A stretch of 61,757 nucleotides of DNA, filler included, from a bacterium (lineage in GTDB: Bacteria > J088 > JAWLBW01), in the NCBI GenBank assembly GCA_041690355.1. It is 3 parts of 3 records of this genome, joined end to end, with 100 filler letters (N's around TTAATTAATTAA, not from the genome) between each part and the next. Parts side by side here need not be neighbours in the genome. Positions count along the whole stretch, not along the records: positions 28,554 to 55,888 come from JAWLHK010000033.1; 2 more parts are not named here. The stretch is one strand, 5' to 3'. The notes under the pieces are model-generated. The model did no database searches. It was not told the DNA's origin and saw only the letters and a list, made by a program, of their open reading frames with translations. Made by a program: the position numbers and the translations under genes. This document shows, in pieces, positions 40,888-49,777 of the stretch (position 1 is its first letter; the number at the start of each line of letters is the position of its first letter).

Positions 40888-41271
40888 GTGCCGAGGATAC
40901 GTGTTGTCTTCTACAAGGATGACGATGGCAGCGTGCCGGTCCTCGAATGGTTGCGGGGCCAGAAACCGAAGGCCAGAGACAAGGGGCGTAAATGGCTCGG
41001 TCTGCTTGCCGACCTGGGACACGAGGTGCGTCGCCCCATCGCCGATTATCTGGCGCACGACATCTATGAACTGCGCTGGTCACTCAACCATGTCCAATAT
41101 CGGATTCTCTTCTTCTTCGACGGGGAGACCGCTGCCGTTCTGGCGCACTCGATCACGAAAGAAGACATCATTCCGCCGGCGGATTTGAATCGAGCGATCG
41201 AGCGAAAGAAGAAGTACCATGCCAGCCGCAAAAAGCACACGTATGAAAAAGAGTTCCCGCAAGACCAGTGA
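40888..41271 (+). CDS. Type II TA toxin, RelE/ParE superfamily (HigB/Gp49-like)
   Basis: V.FY....G..PV.EWL, IYELR, YRILFFF, VLAH...K..; overlaps the downstream HTH gene. Confidence 0.85.
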   Translation: MPRIRVVFYKDDDGSVPVLEWLRGQKPKARDKGRKWLGLLADLGHEVRRPIADYLAHDIYELRWSLNHVQYRILFFFDGETAAVLAHSITKEDIIPPADLNRAIERKKKYHASRKKHTYEKEFPQDQ

Positions 41272-41572
41272 TGCGGTCGAAATCACCGAACGGGAACTTG
41301 GGTTGAAGCCCCTTTCCAAGTCCAAACGGGCTGCGCTGGCGCAGAACGCTCGTATTGCGATGGCGATCTACGAGCTGCGCACTGAGGCGGGCCTGACACA
41401 GACCGAGCTCGCCCGGCACATCGGCACGACACCGTCGGTCATTTCGCGTCTCGAAGACGTAGACTATGGCGGGCACTCGCTCTCAATGTTGCGCCGCGTG
41501 GCCTGGGCGCTCGGCCGGGATGTCGAAATCCGTTTTCCGCCGACGCGCGACAGATCACCCGCCACTGCCTGA
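41243..41572 (+). CDS. XRE-family HTH antitoxin (HigA-like)
   Basis: IYELR..AGLTQTELA..IGTT.SVISRLE..Y.GHSLSML.RVA.ALG. Confidence 0.87.
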   Translation: MKKSSRKTSDAVEITERELGLKPLSKSKRAALAQNARIAMAIYELRTEAGLTQTELARHIGTTPSVISRLEDVDYGGHSLSMLRRVAWALGRDVEIRFPPTRDRSPATA

Positions 41573-41726
41573 TATCAGGTCGCCTCGCCGCCAATCTGAC
41601 GGCATTCCTGTATTCCCCGTCCCCCGACTGCACCCCGCTATAGCGCTTCGCCGGCCTGAGCGATAGAATATCCCGGTGTTACGCCATGCGCACCGCCGGG
41701 ATTGCAGCGCCGCCGGAGCCCGGAAG

Positions 41727-41870
41727 TCTTCGGACGCCTGGCCCATCCAATACGCGGTGGGGCTGGCGCCGCTGGGGATCCAGTTGCGCGAGGCGGGGGC
41801 CGTCACCTTCCGCAACGCGGGGCTGGCCGAGGGGCAGCGGGTCGTCATCTTCGACTACGACGGCGCCCCA
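41727..41870 (+). pseudogene. Possible fragment of a secreted/surface protein gene
   Basis: Short GC3-biased coding-like stretch (SDAWPIQYAVGLAPLG...NAGLAEGQRVVIFDYDG) within non-coding-like DNA; no credible start. Confidence 0.3.
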
Positions 41871-42117
41871 AAGGAGCAAACATTGACAAGAGATCGCGTT
41901 CTCAAAAGGGCTCATTCTTTATCAGCCCTGACGGGGACGGGTATTAGAGAGGGCAGGCGCCTGGCAGACCCGCGATGCTCAACGAAGAATCGCTAGAGGT
42001 GCTCGCGCATGGCCTGTCGGGTAACTGAGCACGCATATCGGATGCTGAAACATCCGCAGACCTCAAGCGACAGGACGAGTGAAAATATGGTGAATATTAA
42101 GTTCTCTTTGGGGATGT

Positions 42118-43563
42118 TGTCCCTCGCCAATATTCCATCCGGCAGTTTCCCGTGGGGAAATGCCACGCGCGGTTTGCGTCCCAGGGCCTCGCGTCTGTTA
42201 CGAACGGGTCACCGGGCATACGGGCAGAATTTCGCACGCGGAGCGAGTGGCAGGGAAACGGCTATTTTCGCTGCAGGGCGCAGCGGGAAGTCCGAGCTCG
42301 GCTCAGGCGGCCTTCTTCAGGTCGCCCTCTTGGCCCTGCGGGTCATTCCGCCACGCGTAGTGGTGATGGAGACCGCCCAGGTGGGGTACCGCGATCAGGG
42401 TCGCCGATGGGGAAGGGCGCGACTCGACGGCGCGCCCGAGCGGCGAATCCTTGTTGAGGGTCAGGTGCGTCCGCTGGGTATTGTAGTACCGTGCGTACTC
42501 GCCGAGGAGGCGCCGCAGGTGGCGCTCGCCCAGCACGATGACATGGTCGAGGAGTTCGCGCCGCACCGTTCCCACAAACCGCTCGCAGACGCCGTTCTGC
42601 CAGGGGCATCGGAAGGCGATTTTCGAGGGCACGATATTCATGCCGCGGAGGGTCTCCTGCACGGCGTGACTGCAGAAAATGGAATCCTGATCGTGCACCA
42701 GGTAGCGGGGCGCCGGTTCATCCCCGGGAAAGGCCTCGCGAAGCTGTTGCGACACCCATGCGGCGGTGGGATGGGCGGTTACGTTGACGTGAAGTACCTT
42801 GCGGCGCCCGTGGCCGATGAGGACCAGCGCATACAGGAAGCCGAAGCTCGCCGTGGGCACGACGAGAAAATCCATTGCCGCGACGGCTTCGTTGCGTAGA
42901 AACGCGCGCCATGGCCGCAGGCGGTCCGCAGGGATTGGAAACTGGCGCTTGAGGATGCGCGAGACGCTGCGTTCGGAGACGTCGATGCCGAGTTTCAGCA
43001 GCTCGCCGTGAATCCGGGTCGCGCCCCAGCCGTTCTCGGTCGCCATCCGGCAGATGGTCGCGCGGATCTCGGCCTGGAGCCGGGGACGACCTCGCCGCCG
43101 GCTTTTCGGGCGCGAGCGCATCCGCCAGACGATCCGCACGAGGTTGCGGTGCCAGCGAACGACCGTGTCGGGTTGGACGATGCGCAGGGTCTGCAGCCAC
43201 AGGCCCGGAAAGAAGGTCCGGTAGACGACCCAGAACAGGCGATCCCTGTCCCTGATGCGCGGTTTGCGCTTGTGCAGGCAGACGGCGAGCTGCTGCTGTT
43301 GGGCGAGCCGTTCGAGCGCCCAGGTCTCCGGGGGCGGCCGGTAGAGCTCCGGGGCGAGCACGCGGGCCAGCCTGTAACAGGCGATCGAGATTCCGCAGCG
43401 GACGGCTTTGGCGAGCATGGCGTATCGGTAAGCAAAGCCATGATTCAACCATGCGCGAAAGGTGCCGGCAACCCACGCGATGACTGGCGCACACTGTCAC
43501 TGAGGCAGATGAGAGGTATCCGCCAACCGGGTTGATACGTCGCAATACTTCCGTAACGGTAAG
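42118..43563 (-). mobile_element. Insertion sequence with rve/DDE transposase (IS481/IS3-like); ends approximate
   Basis: Single transposase ORF; a TGT-starting candidate end (TGTCCCTCGCCAATATT) at 42118; degenerate opposite end near 43545-43563. Confidence 0.6.
42303..43448 (-). CDS. Integrase-core (DDE) transposase
   Basis: VQPDTVVRWHR, GRP, MATEN.WGA.RIHGEL.KLG, AMDF (D), HDQD..F (D), PWQNGVCERFVGT.RRE (E). Confidence 0.88.
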   Translation of the reverse strand: MNHGFAYRYAMLAKAVRCGISIACYRLARVLAPELYRPPPETWALERLAQQQQLAVCLHKRKPRIRDRDRLFWVVYRTFFPGLWLQTLRIVQPDTVVRWHRNLVRIVWRMRSRPKSRRRGRPRLQAEIRATICRMATENGWGATRIHGELLKLGIDVSERSVSRILKRQFPIPADRLRPWRAFLRNEAVAAMDFLVVPTASFGFLYALVLIGHGRRKVLHVNVTAHPTAAWVSQQLREAFPGDEPAPRYLVHDQDSIFCSHAVQETLRGMNIVPSKIAFRCPWQNGVCERFVGTVRRELLDHVIVLGERHLRRLLGEYARYYNTQRTHLTLNKDSPLGRAVESRPSPSATLIAVPHLGGLHHHYAWRNDPQGQEGDLKKAA

Positions 43564-44487
43564 CTACCGGACTTTACCCCAGCCCTTCTTGGGCGTCCAT
43601 CGTCTGTCGAGGAGCGTATTGGCGGCGAGGGCCCGCGCCACGGGCATCAGGAATGTGCGAAGCCGCTCCGTGATATCATCGATGGGCGGCGCACCGTGGG
43701 CGCGAATCTTCTTGACGAACACATCCCACTGACGCATTTTGACGGGGTTGCCGAAGAACTCCGGTGTCAGTGCCAGCGGCTCGGCCGCCGGCACCGGCAA
43801 GTTGCGCCGCTTGAAGGTCGCCTGCATGGACGCTGAGAGCGTAGCTCCGTCGAACTCCATGTTGCCCGCGAGCACCCAGACGTCGTAGAAGTCTTTCATG
43901 CGGCTGTTGGCCGCGCCCAGATCAACCATGGCGCTGAATTTCTCGGCGACCGAGGCTTCAGGTGGGTAGCCGAGCAGCAGTGGTTGCGGGTGATTGAGCA
44001 GGATGGGGAAAGCGACCTTGCCGGGTTTGGGTATGACTACGTCGCCGAAGCCCACGTCGAGCTGCACCGTGGTCCGGGCGACGCCGAGCGAGGCGACGAA
44101 ACGCACCCGGAGCCCCCGGTACTTCTGTTGCGCCCTGATTTCATCCACGCGGATGCTACCGGTGTCGAAGACGAGGCCGTCGTCGGCCACTGCCGATTCC
44201 AGTGTGGACTTGACCGTCTGGTAAAGCGAACGGGCGTCTTCAGTCCTTGGCGAATGCAGGTCGATGTCCATCGTAGGGCGAGCAAGGGAGTCGTCCCAGA
44301 CGCGCATCATCATCGCGCCCTTCAGCACATACCTTTTCGCGAACGGCCCTTTGCTGAGCCGGTAGAGGAACCTCTCCATGGCGTAGAGCGTCAGCACTTC
44401 CTGGAAAGGCAGGCCCTGTGACTTTGCAAAGGTGTGGAGTCGCTCGCGCACCGAAGCCGCGACGTTTGTGACGTTTCGGCGGCTCAT
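43564..44487 (-). CDS. abiEii: AbiEii nucleotidyltransferase toxin (type IV TA)
   Basis: N.AASV..RL, YAMERFLYRLS, VLKGA, RPT.DID, LDVGFGD, AEKF.AM, NSRMKDFYD. Confidence 0.9.
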   Translation of the reverse strand: MSRRNVTNVAASVRERLHTFAKSQGLPFQEVLTLYAMERFLYRLSKGPFAKRYVLKGAMMMRVWDDSLARPTMDIDLHSPRTEDARSLYQTVKSTLESAVADDGLVFDTGSIRVDEIRAQQKYRGLRVRFVASLGVARTTVQLDVGFGDVVIPKPGKVAFPILLNHPQPLLLGYPPEASVAEKFSAMVDLGAANSRMKDFYDVWVLAGNMEFDGATLSASMQATFKRRNLPVPAAEPLALTPEFFGNPVKMRQWDVFVKKIRAHGAPPIDDITERLRTFLMPVARALAANTLLDRRWTPKKGWGKVR

Positions 44488-45086
44488 TGCAGCGCTTCCA
44501 GATACGGAAGCATCACGGACTGGACGCGGCACACGCCGGCATAGTGCCAAAGCACGTCCCGCCGAGCGCCCTTTCGTTCAAGATAGAGCTTGAGCGCCTC
44601 GATGGCAACATCCTGGCCGATCTTGTTCCGCATCTTGAAGCAGTCGGCGACTGTCTTTTCGGGGCTGAAAACCTTGATGGGGTTGCCGTCAACGACGCGC
44701 CGCTCGATCCCTTCGGTGAGCGCCATGCCTGTAAAGCGAAAAACGCGGACGGGAGGGTATTCGAGCCTTGGCGTGTGCGTCCCTTTGGGGAGCGCGATCT
44801 GCACCTCGTGAGGAAGCTGCGTCGTGAGGTCATGCAGGGAGAGTGCAGAAACGAGACAGATGACCGCATCGGGGATGCGTAGGCCGACGATGGCAAGGTC
44901 GGGGTTCGCCAGCGGCGGGAGGCTGGCAAGTCGGTGCAGGCCGCGTGAGACCTCGACGAGCTTGCCCTCGTCACGCAGCCGGTATAGCGTTTCAGGATAA
45001 ACGCCGAGACGCAGGGCTTGCGCAGTGCGAAGCATTCCATGGTGCCTCTTGAAAATCTGTATGGTCCTTTGCTCCTGGTTTGGCAT
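44484..45086 (-). CDS. abiEi: AbiEi antitoxin (type IV TA)
   Basis: N-terminal wHTH G.L...SRGL.RL; AVICLVSAL..H.LTT..P; EKTVADCFK.R.KIG. 4-bp overlap with the toxin. Confidence 0.9.
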   Translation of the reverse strand: MPNQEQRTIQIFKRHHGMLRTAQALRLGVYPETLYRLRDEGKLVEVSRGLHRLASLPPLANPDLAIVGLRIPDAVICLVSALSLHDLTTQLPHEVQIALPKGTHTPRLEYPPVRVFRFTGMALTEGIERRVVDGNPIKVFSPEKTVADCFKMRNKIGQDVAIEALKLYLERKGARRDVLWHYAGVCRVQSVMLPYLEALQ

Positions 45087-45095
45087 ACAGAGACC

Positions 45096-45152
45096 GCATT
45101 AAATATAGAGAAGTAATGCACTTATTATAAAAGACGTCGTTGACCGTTGCAA
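45096..45152 (-). promoter_or_regulatory. abiE promoter with candidate operator
   Basis: TTGCAA (45152-45147)-17 bp-TATAAT (45129-45124); inverted repeat GCATTA-N12-TAATGC at 45096-45119. Confidence 0.65.
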
Positions 45153-45195
45153 GCGTTTCTTCCAGCCGACATTCGGATTCGGGAAAAAGGGTTGA

Positions 45196-45244
45196 TGTCC
45201 CTCGCCAACATACCCTCCAGCAGCTTTTCGTGTGGAAACGACAC
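45196..45244. repeat. Second, diverged copy of the IS end at 42118-42166
   Basis: Ungapped 39/49 identity by hand count, same orientation, first 13 bp identical. Confidence 0.75.
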
Positions 45245-45285
45245 CGATTTTCGGCCTCGGGACCTTACTGAAAGGCCAAAACCTG

Positions 45286-45984
45286 TCAGACCGAGCAGGC
45301 AACCCCGTCGCGCCCGGCGAACCGGTAGCCCCCTTCGGCGCCGGTGACGATGTAGCGCGGGCGCTCGGGTACGGGCTCGATGGCCCGGCGCAGGCGCAGG
45401 GCGAGCATGTGCAGGCGCTTGAGCGAGGGCGGGAGACTGGGTCCCCAGATGCTCGCGGCAAGCTGCTCGCAGGCGGCGCCGTCGGGGTGCCGGAGCAGGC
45501 AGGCGAGAAATTCCCATTGCCGGCCGGTCAAGGTCACCGGCGCTCCACCGCGCAGGAGCCGCTTCGCGCCGACGTCGATCTCGAGCCAGGCGTCGGCAAA
45601 GCGCAGGCGGTCGGCGCCGAAGCGGCGCACCAGATTCCGCAGGCGCGCCGCCAGTTCCGCCAGAGACGGCGGCTTGGCAAGAAAGTCGTCGGCGCCCCCC
45701 GTGAGCGCGGCCACCCGTTCGCGCTCGGTGTCGCGGCCGCTCAGCATGAGTACGGGCAGGGTGGCGAAGTCGGGTTCTTTCCGGAGATCCGCCAGCCAGG
45801 CAAGCCCCGAAAGATCGCCGAGCATCCAGTCGAGCACGACCGCGTCGGGCCCGATACGCGACAGGTCGGCGGGGGCCGGGGCCGTCGTCAGGCAGTGAAC
45901 GCGGAAGCCGCCGGCGCTAAGCGAGCGGCTGATGGTCGACAGGGTTCGTTCGTCGTCGTCAATCAACAGTACTTTCGGCTGCAT
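45286..45984 (-). CDS. OmpR/PhoB-family response regulator (no adjacent kinase)
   Basis: LLIDDD, VLDWML, GADDFLAKP, LT..Q..FL..L...P, LRRAIE..P..P.YI.T..G.GYRF. Confidence 0.88.
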   Translation of the reverse strand: MQPKVLLIDDDERTLSTISRSLSAGGFRVHCLTTAPAPADLSRIGPDAVVLDWMLGDLSGLAWLADLRKEPDFATLPVLMLSGRDTERERVAALTGGADDFLAKPPSLAELAARLRNLVRRFGADRLRFADAWLEIDVGAKRLLRGGAPVTLTGRQWEFLACLLRHPDGAACEQLAASIWGPSLPPSLKRLHMLALRLRRAIEPVPERPRYIVTGAEGGYRFAGRDGVACSV

Positions 45985-46042
45985 CTCCCGGAAAACTCCC
46001 TCAGCCGTAAAGCATAGCCCAAAGCGGAAAAAGCGCCAACCC

Positions 46043-46076
46043 GGTAACGAAACGTTACCTGTGGATAACTCACAGG
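46043..46076. promoter_or_regulatory. Palindromes and DnaA-box-like 9-mer in divergent promoter region
   Basis: GGTAACG-aaa-CGTTACC (46043-46059); TGTGGATAA (46060-46068); CCTGTG-N7-CACAGG. Confidence 0.45.
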
Positions 46077-46202
46077 TTCACCGTCGCACGCGGAAATGCA
46101 GACACCGCAAGCGGTTCAGCGTGGGCCACTTCGCACGGCGGTGGGCGCTTGACACCACAGCGCAGCCATGGTTGTATCACGCCCTTTCAAGGAGGGTTAT
46201 CC

Positions 46203-49200
46203 ATGCGCGTAGCGTTGTTGTTGAGTGCCGGTCTTCTTGTCATGGGGTCCATGGCCGAGGCCGATTCGTCGTCCAGTCTGCAATCCGCCGTCGGGTTCGA
46301 TGAGCGTCTTCTCCTCGAGAGTCTGACCATCGAGCCGGTGGAATTCTTCAGCCCGCACGTCGGGTCTCTTGCGATTACGGGCCGGGCCTCTGTCGAGGCT
46401 GCCGCCGGTGTCGACGGCGATTCGGCGCAGCATGCCTTCGCGCTGCAAGCAGCCGTGCAGATTTCCGGAGTCGACCCGGTGCAGCCGGTGGTCGATACGG
46501 TTCTTGGAACGGCAATGGTCACGCAGAGCGGCCCGGTCGACTTCGGACTCTCCTGGTCGGGGCTTCCGGGCGGCGCGACGCTCCCCGACGGTGTGTACCG
46601 TCTCGATCTCGAGGCCTCGCTGGTGCGCAGCGGCCCCGGCGCGAGCGGCCGCGTGCTCGATACCGATACCTTCGCAGGCCCGGTCTTCGTGTATGACGCG
46701 ACGCCGCCCCAGGGCGCGTGGAATGTGGCGGCAGGGGCCTTCCTCAACGTCGACCGCCCGCTGCTCGCGGCCACGTACGGCGATGCGCTGGCGGGGATCG
46801 ATACGGCGAGCCTCCGTATTGAGCTCGATGGCGCCGACGTGACCGCCTCGTTCGCCGTGAGCGCGGGCGAAGCCGTCTGGACGCCCGCCGCGCCGCTCGC
46901 GGAAGGGACCCATACCCTCACGTTTTCGGTCCTGGACCGGGCGGGGAACGAGGCCGTCGTCACCACCTCGTTCACCATCGACATCACGCCGCCCGCGCTG
47001 AGCCTGACGCCGGCCACGGGCACGCAGCTCGCGACCCAGACCCCCGACCTGCGCGCGGCCTACAGCGACGCGCTGGCGGGGATCGACGCCGGCAGCGTGG
47101 CCGTTTCGCTCGATGCGGTCGACGCCACCGCCCGGTTTGCGATTTCGAACAGCGAAGTTGTCTGGACCCAGGATGCGCCCCTGGCCTACGGCGACCACAC
47201 CTTCACCGTCTCGGTGGCCGATCGCGCGGGCAACGTCGCGTCGGCCACGGTCGACTTCGCCATCGTGGCGCCGTACCGCTACTTCACCCTCGACGGCGGC
47301 GAAATCCGCTTCGACGTCGTGAACACCTACTTCCTCGTGAAGCTGGCCGACGGCGTCTCGCCGGTCGCGGTCGGCGGCGACCTGGCCGCGGCGGGTGCTT
47401 CGGCGATCGCGCAGCAGCCCGATCCGTTCGGCTTCTACGAAGTCGGCGTGGCCGCGGGGAGCTCGGTGGCCGGTCTGCAGGCGGCCGCGAAACTGATTCC
47501 CGGTATCGCGAAGGTGCACCCGGTCGTCTCCTGGCCCGACGGACGGGCGACGGGTACGGCCGACGGCGTCTACGTGAAGTTCGCCGCGGGAACGTCGGAT
47601 GCCGACGCCCGCGCCCTGCTGGCCCAGGCCGGCGCCGTCGACGTCGCCAATGACTGCTGCGAACCGTTCGCCTATCTCGCCGCGGGGAGCCTGACCGATG
47701 CGTCGGATGACTTCCTGCTCGCCGACCGCCTGCGCGCGGAGCCCGGCGTGACCTATGCCGCCCCGGCGCTCGTCATCCGCTATGCGGAATCGGTTGGCGG
47801 CGTGCTCGATTCGTCGGTGACGTCGACCCAGGGCTATCTGGCCCAGGCCGGCATCACGCAGAGCCGCGCGCTCGTCTACGGTTCTGCCGACTATCTCGTG
47901 AGCTATGAGGCGGCCCCCATCGGCCTGCTCAGCACGGGGGTGCAGCATGCGCAGCCCGGTCTCGCGGGCCGGCTGCTCGACGGCTACAGCGCCTTCGGCG
48001 ATACGGCGGACCTGACCGGAACCGACCACGTCGAAAACAGCCTCGGTACGGCCATGGCCGGCGTGCTCGCGGCCAACTGGGGCACGTACGGACTCGAAGG
48101 GGTGACCAAGGATTCGCCGCTCGTGCCCGCCAAGGTGCGCCAGTACAGCTGCGGCGAGATTTCGGGCGCCTGCTTCTGGGTCGCTTCGGACCGCGGCATC
48201 AAGCAGGGGGCCAAGACGGTGCTCGACAGCGGCGCCCGCGTGCTGCTGTTCGACTCGCGCTTCGCCGAGTATCTGCCGCAGACCATCGCCTACCTGAACG
48301 CCGCGCTGCCCGCCGCCGCCGACAACCGCGGCGCCGTGGCCGTGTTCCCCATGGGCGACGAGAAGCATGAGCTGTATCCGTACCGCGCGCCCACGCCGCT
48401 GCACATTGCGAACGCGGCCTTCGTGACGGCCATCGACGAGAACGATCGCATTCTCGAGCGCGCCAACGTGCACGATCGGGATGCGGCGCCGACGACGATC
48501 AACTACGCCGCGCCGGGCAGCCCGGTTCTGACGCTCGATCCCGTCGGGGCTGCCGGCGCCGCCGCCGGCGACACGGCCGTCTGGCAGGGGACGCCGATGG
48601 CCGCGGCCATCTTCGCGGGGAGCACGGCGCTCTCGTTCCTCATCGACGACGGCCTCACGGCGCAGGAGATTCTCGACATCTACCACCAGACCGGCACCCT
48701 GAGCGTCGAGGAGATCGAGCGGTCGCCGCTCTTCAAGTTCTTCCTCTGGAAGCTGACGCTCCTGCACGCCAACACGCTGGTCGAAGAGAACCTGTGCCTG
48801 AGCACCGACGCGAGTCCGGCGTACGGCTACATCCACCGTGCGACGCTTGCCGGGAACCTGATGACACTTCCGCTGCCGCCGAACGTCCGGCTCACCGTCC
48901 AGGGAAGCCACACGAGCACGCTCGCGGGGTATACCCTGTACAAGGAGAAGCCCGGAGTCGGGAATCCTGGCCAGCCGCGGCCGCTCTGCGCGCAATTCAG
49001 CTGGACGGGGAATACCTACGTCTTCCTGCTCCCGCTCGACAAGCGCGTCGTCCGCTTCACCCCGTCGACCGCTGACATCGTGAAGGTGCGTGCCGGGATC
49101 CGGCGTGGGATGAACCAGACCGAGGCCGACCTTCTGGGTGTCCCCCGCAATGACTATTTCGCGTATGAAAGCGACGGTCTCGGGGTCTACTACGAAGCCA

Positions 49201-49658
49201 AGCCGTACTCTGTCTTCGGTACGCAGCAGCCGTACAGCGCGCCGGCATACCTGCACATGAAGAACCTGGCGGGGGCCGAGCTCGACGTGGCGCCGTCGTT
49301 CCTGCGGGTCTGCGCGCGGCAGTGCTTCCTCTTCCTCTGCCGCACGAAGTGCTCGCCGGGGGTGTCGGTTCTCGATACGCCGGACGGGGACCTGACCGAG
49401 GCGCAGGTTGCCCTGAAACACGCGGTGCTGGCCAACGAATCGCTGGCCTACGAGTACCGCCGGCTTGAAGCGGATTTCGATCCGAACGATCCGGGCTTTG
49501 ACGAGCGTATCCTGACTCAGGATGAAGCCGAGCGGCTCGAGGCGTTCCGCGTCGAACTGAGCGCCTCGGTCGGGGCCGACCTGCTGCTCAGCGCCGTCGG
49601 CTTCTTCGACAATCCGCTGGACCGCGTCGGCGCGACCTACGCCGACCTGATGCACTGA
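46203..49658 (+). CDS. Secreted Ig-domain protein with catalytically inactive subtilisin-like (S8) domain
   Basis: Signal peptide, GGAGG RBS, FlgD-like W.G....LPDGVY, two Ig repeats ending DRAGN, prodomain-like region. S8 motif positions read LLSTGV, SLGTAMAG, QGTPMAA. Confidence 0.75.
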   Translation: MRVALLLSAGLLVMGSMAEADSSSSLQSAVGFDERLLLESLTIEPVEFFSPHVGSLAITGRASVEAAAGVDGDSAQHAFALQAAVQISGVDPVQPVVDTVLGTAMVTQSGPVDFGLSWSGLPGGATLPDGVYRLDLEASLVRSGPGASGRVLDTDTFAGPVFVYDATPPQGAWNVAAGAFLNVDRPLLAATYGDALAGIDTASLRIELDGADVTASFAVSAGEAVWTPAAPLAEGTHTLTFSVLDRAGNEAVVTTSFTIDITPPALSLTPATGTQLATQTPDLRAAYSDALAGIDAGSVAVSLDAVDATARFAISNSEVVWTQDAPLAYGDHTFTVSVADRAGNVASATVDFAIVAPYRYFTLDGGEIRFDVVNTYFLVKLADGVSPVAVGGDLAAAGASAIAQQPDPFGFYEVGVAAGSSVAGLQAAAKLIPGIAKVHPVVSWPDGRATGTADGVYVKFAAGTSDADARALLAQAGAVDVANDCCEPFAYLAAGSLTDASDDFLLADRLRAEPGVTYAAPALVIRYAESVGGVLDSSVTSTQGYLAQAGITQSRALVYGSADYLVSYEAAPIGLLSTGVQHAQPGLAGRLLDGYSAFGDTADLTGTDHVENSLGTAMAGVLAANWGTYGLEGVTKDSPLVPAKVRQYSCGEISGACFWVASDRGIKQGAKTVLDSGARVLLFDSRFAEYLPQTIAYLNAALPAAADNRGAVAVFPMGDEKHELYPYRAPTPLHIANAAFVTAIDENDRILERANVHDRDAAPTTINYAAPGSPVLTLDPVGAAGAAAGDTAVWQGTPMAAAIFAGSTALSFLIDDGLTAQEILDIYHQTGTLSVEEIERSPLFKFFLWKLTLLHANTLVEENLCLSTDASPAYGYIHRATLAGNLMTLPLPPNVRLTVQGSHTSTLAGYTLYKEKPGVGNPGQPRPLCAQFSWTGNTYVFLLPLDKRVVRFTPSTADIVKVRAGIRRGMNQTEADLLGVPRNDYFAYESDGLGVYYEAKPYSVFGTQQPYSAPAYLHMKNLAGAELDVAPSFLRVCARQCFLFLCRTKCSPGVSVLDTPDGDLTEAQVALKHAVLANESLAYEYRRLEADFDPNDPGFDERILTQDEAERLEAFRVELSASVGADLLLSAVGFFDNPLDRVGATYADLMH

Positions 49659-49663
49659 CCCTT

Positions 49664-49698
49664 ACAACGGGGCGCCGAAAGGCGCCCCGTTTGTTTTC
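49664..49698. terminator. Intrinsic terminator
   Basis: aacggggcgcc-gaaa-ggcgccccgtt followed by tgtttt. Confidence 0.85.
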
Positions 49699-49719
49699 GG
49701 GGACAGGGCGCTGAAAAGC

Positions 49720-49776
49720 GGACTGTCAACTGGGACTGTACTGCCGACTGGCGACTGCCGACTGACGACTGAAGAC
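49720..49776. repeat. GACTGNN heptamer run
   Basis: actgccg actggcg actgccg actgacg actgaag; the reverse-complement family occurs at 53604-53638. Confidence 0.7.
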
Positions 49777-49777
49777 T

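Noticed and set aside
41923-41933. attR copy of the tRNA-Lys 3' end (agccctgacgg vs agcccttgacgg)
   Set aside because: Only about 11 bp with an indel and no integrase; compatible with chance.
42009-42899. 296-aa plus-strand ORF as a passenger gene
   Set aside because: Mostly antisense to the transposase; no recognisable motifs.
46058-46076. Second CRP box or replication origin
   Set aside because: Half-site spacing is off by one for CRP; one full DnaA box without an AT-rich unwinding element or dnaA context does not support oriC.
46197-49655. Long antisense ORFs (1152 aa here; also 4497-7040, 11370-13445, 23647-25815, 34155-36224)
   Set aside because: Shadows of real genes caused by high-GC codon bias; no motifs or RBS.
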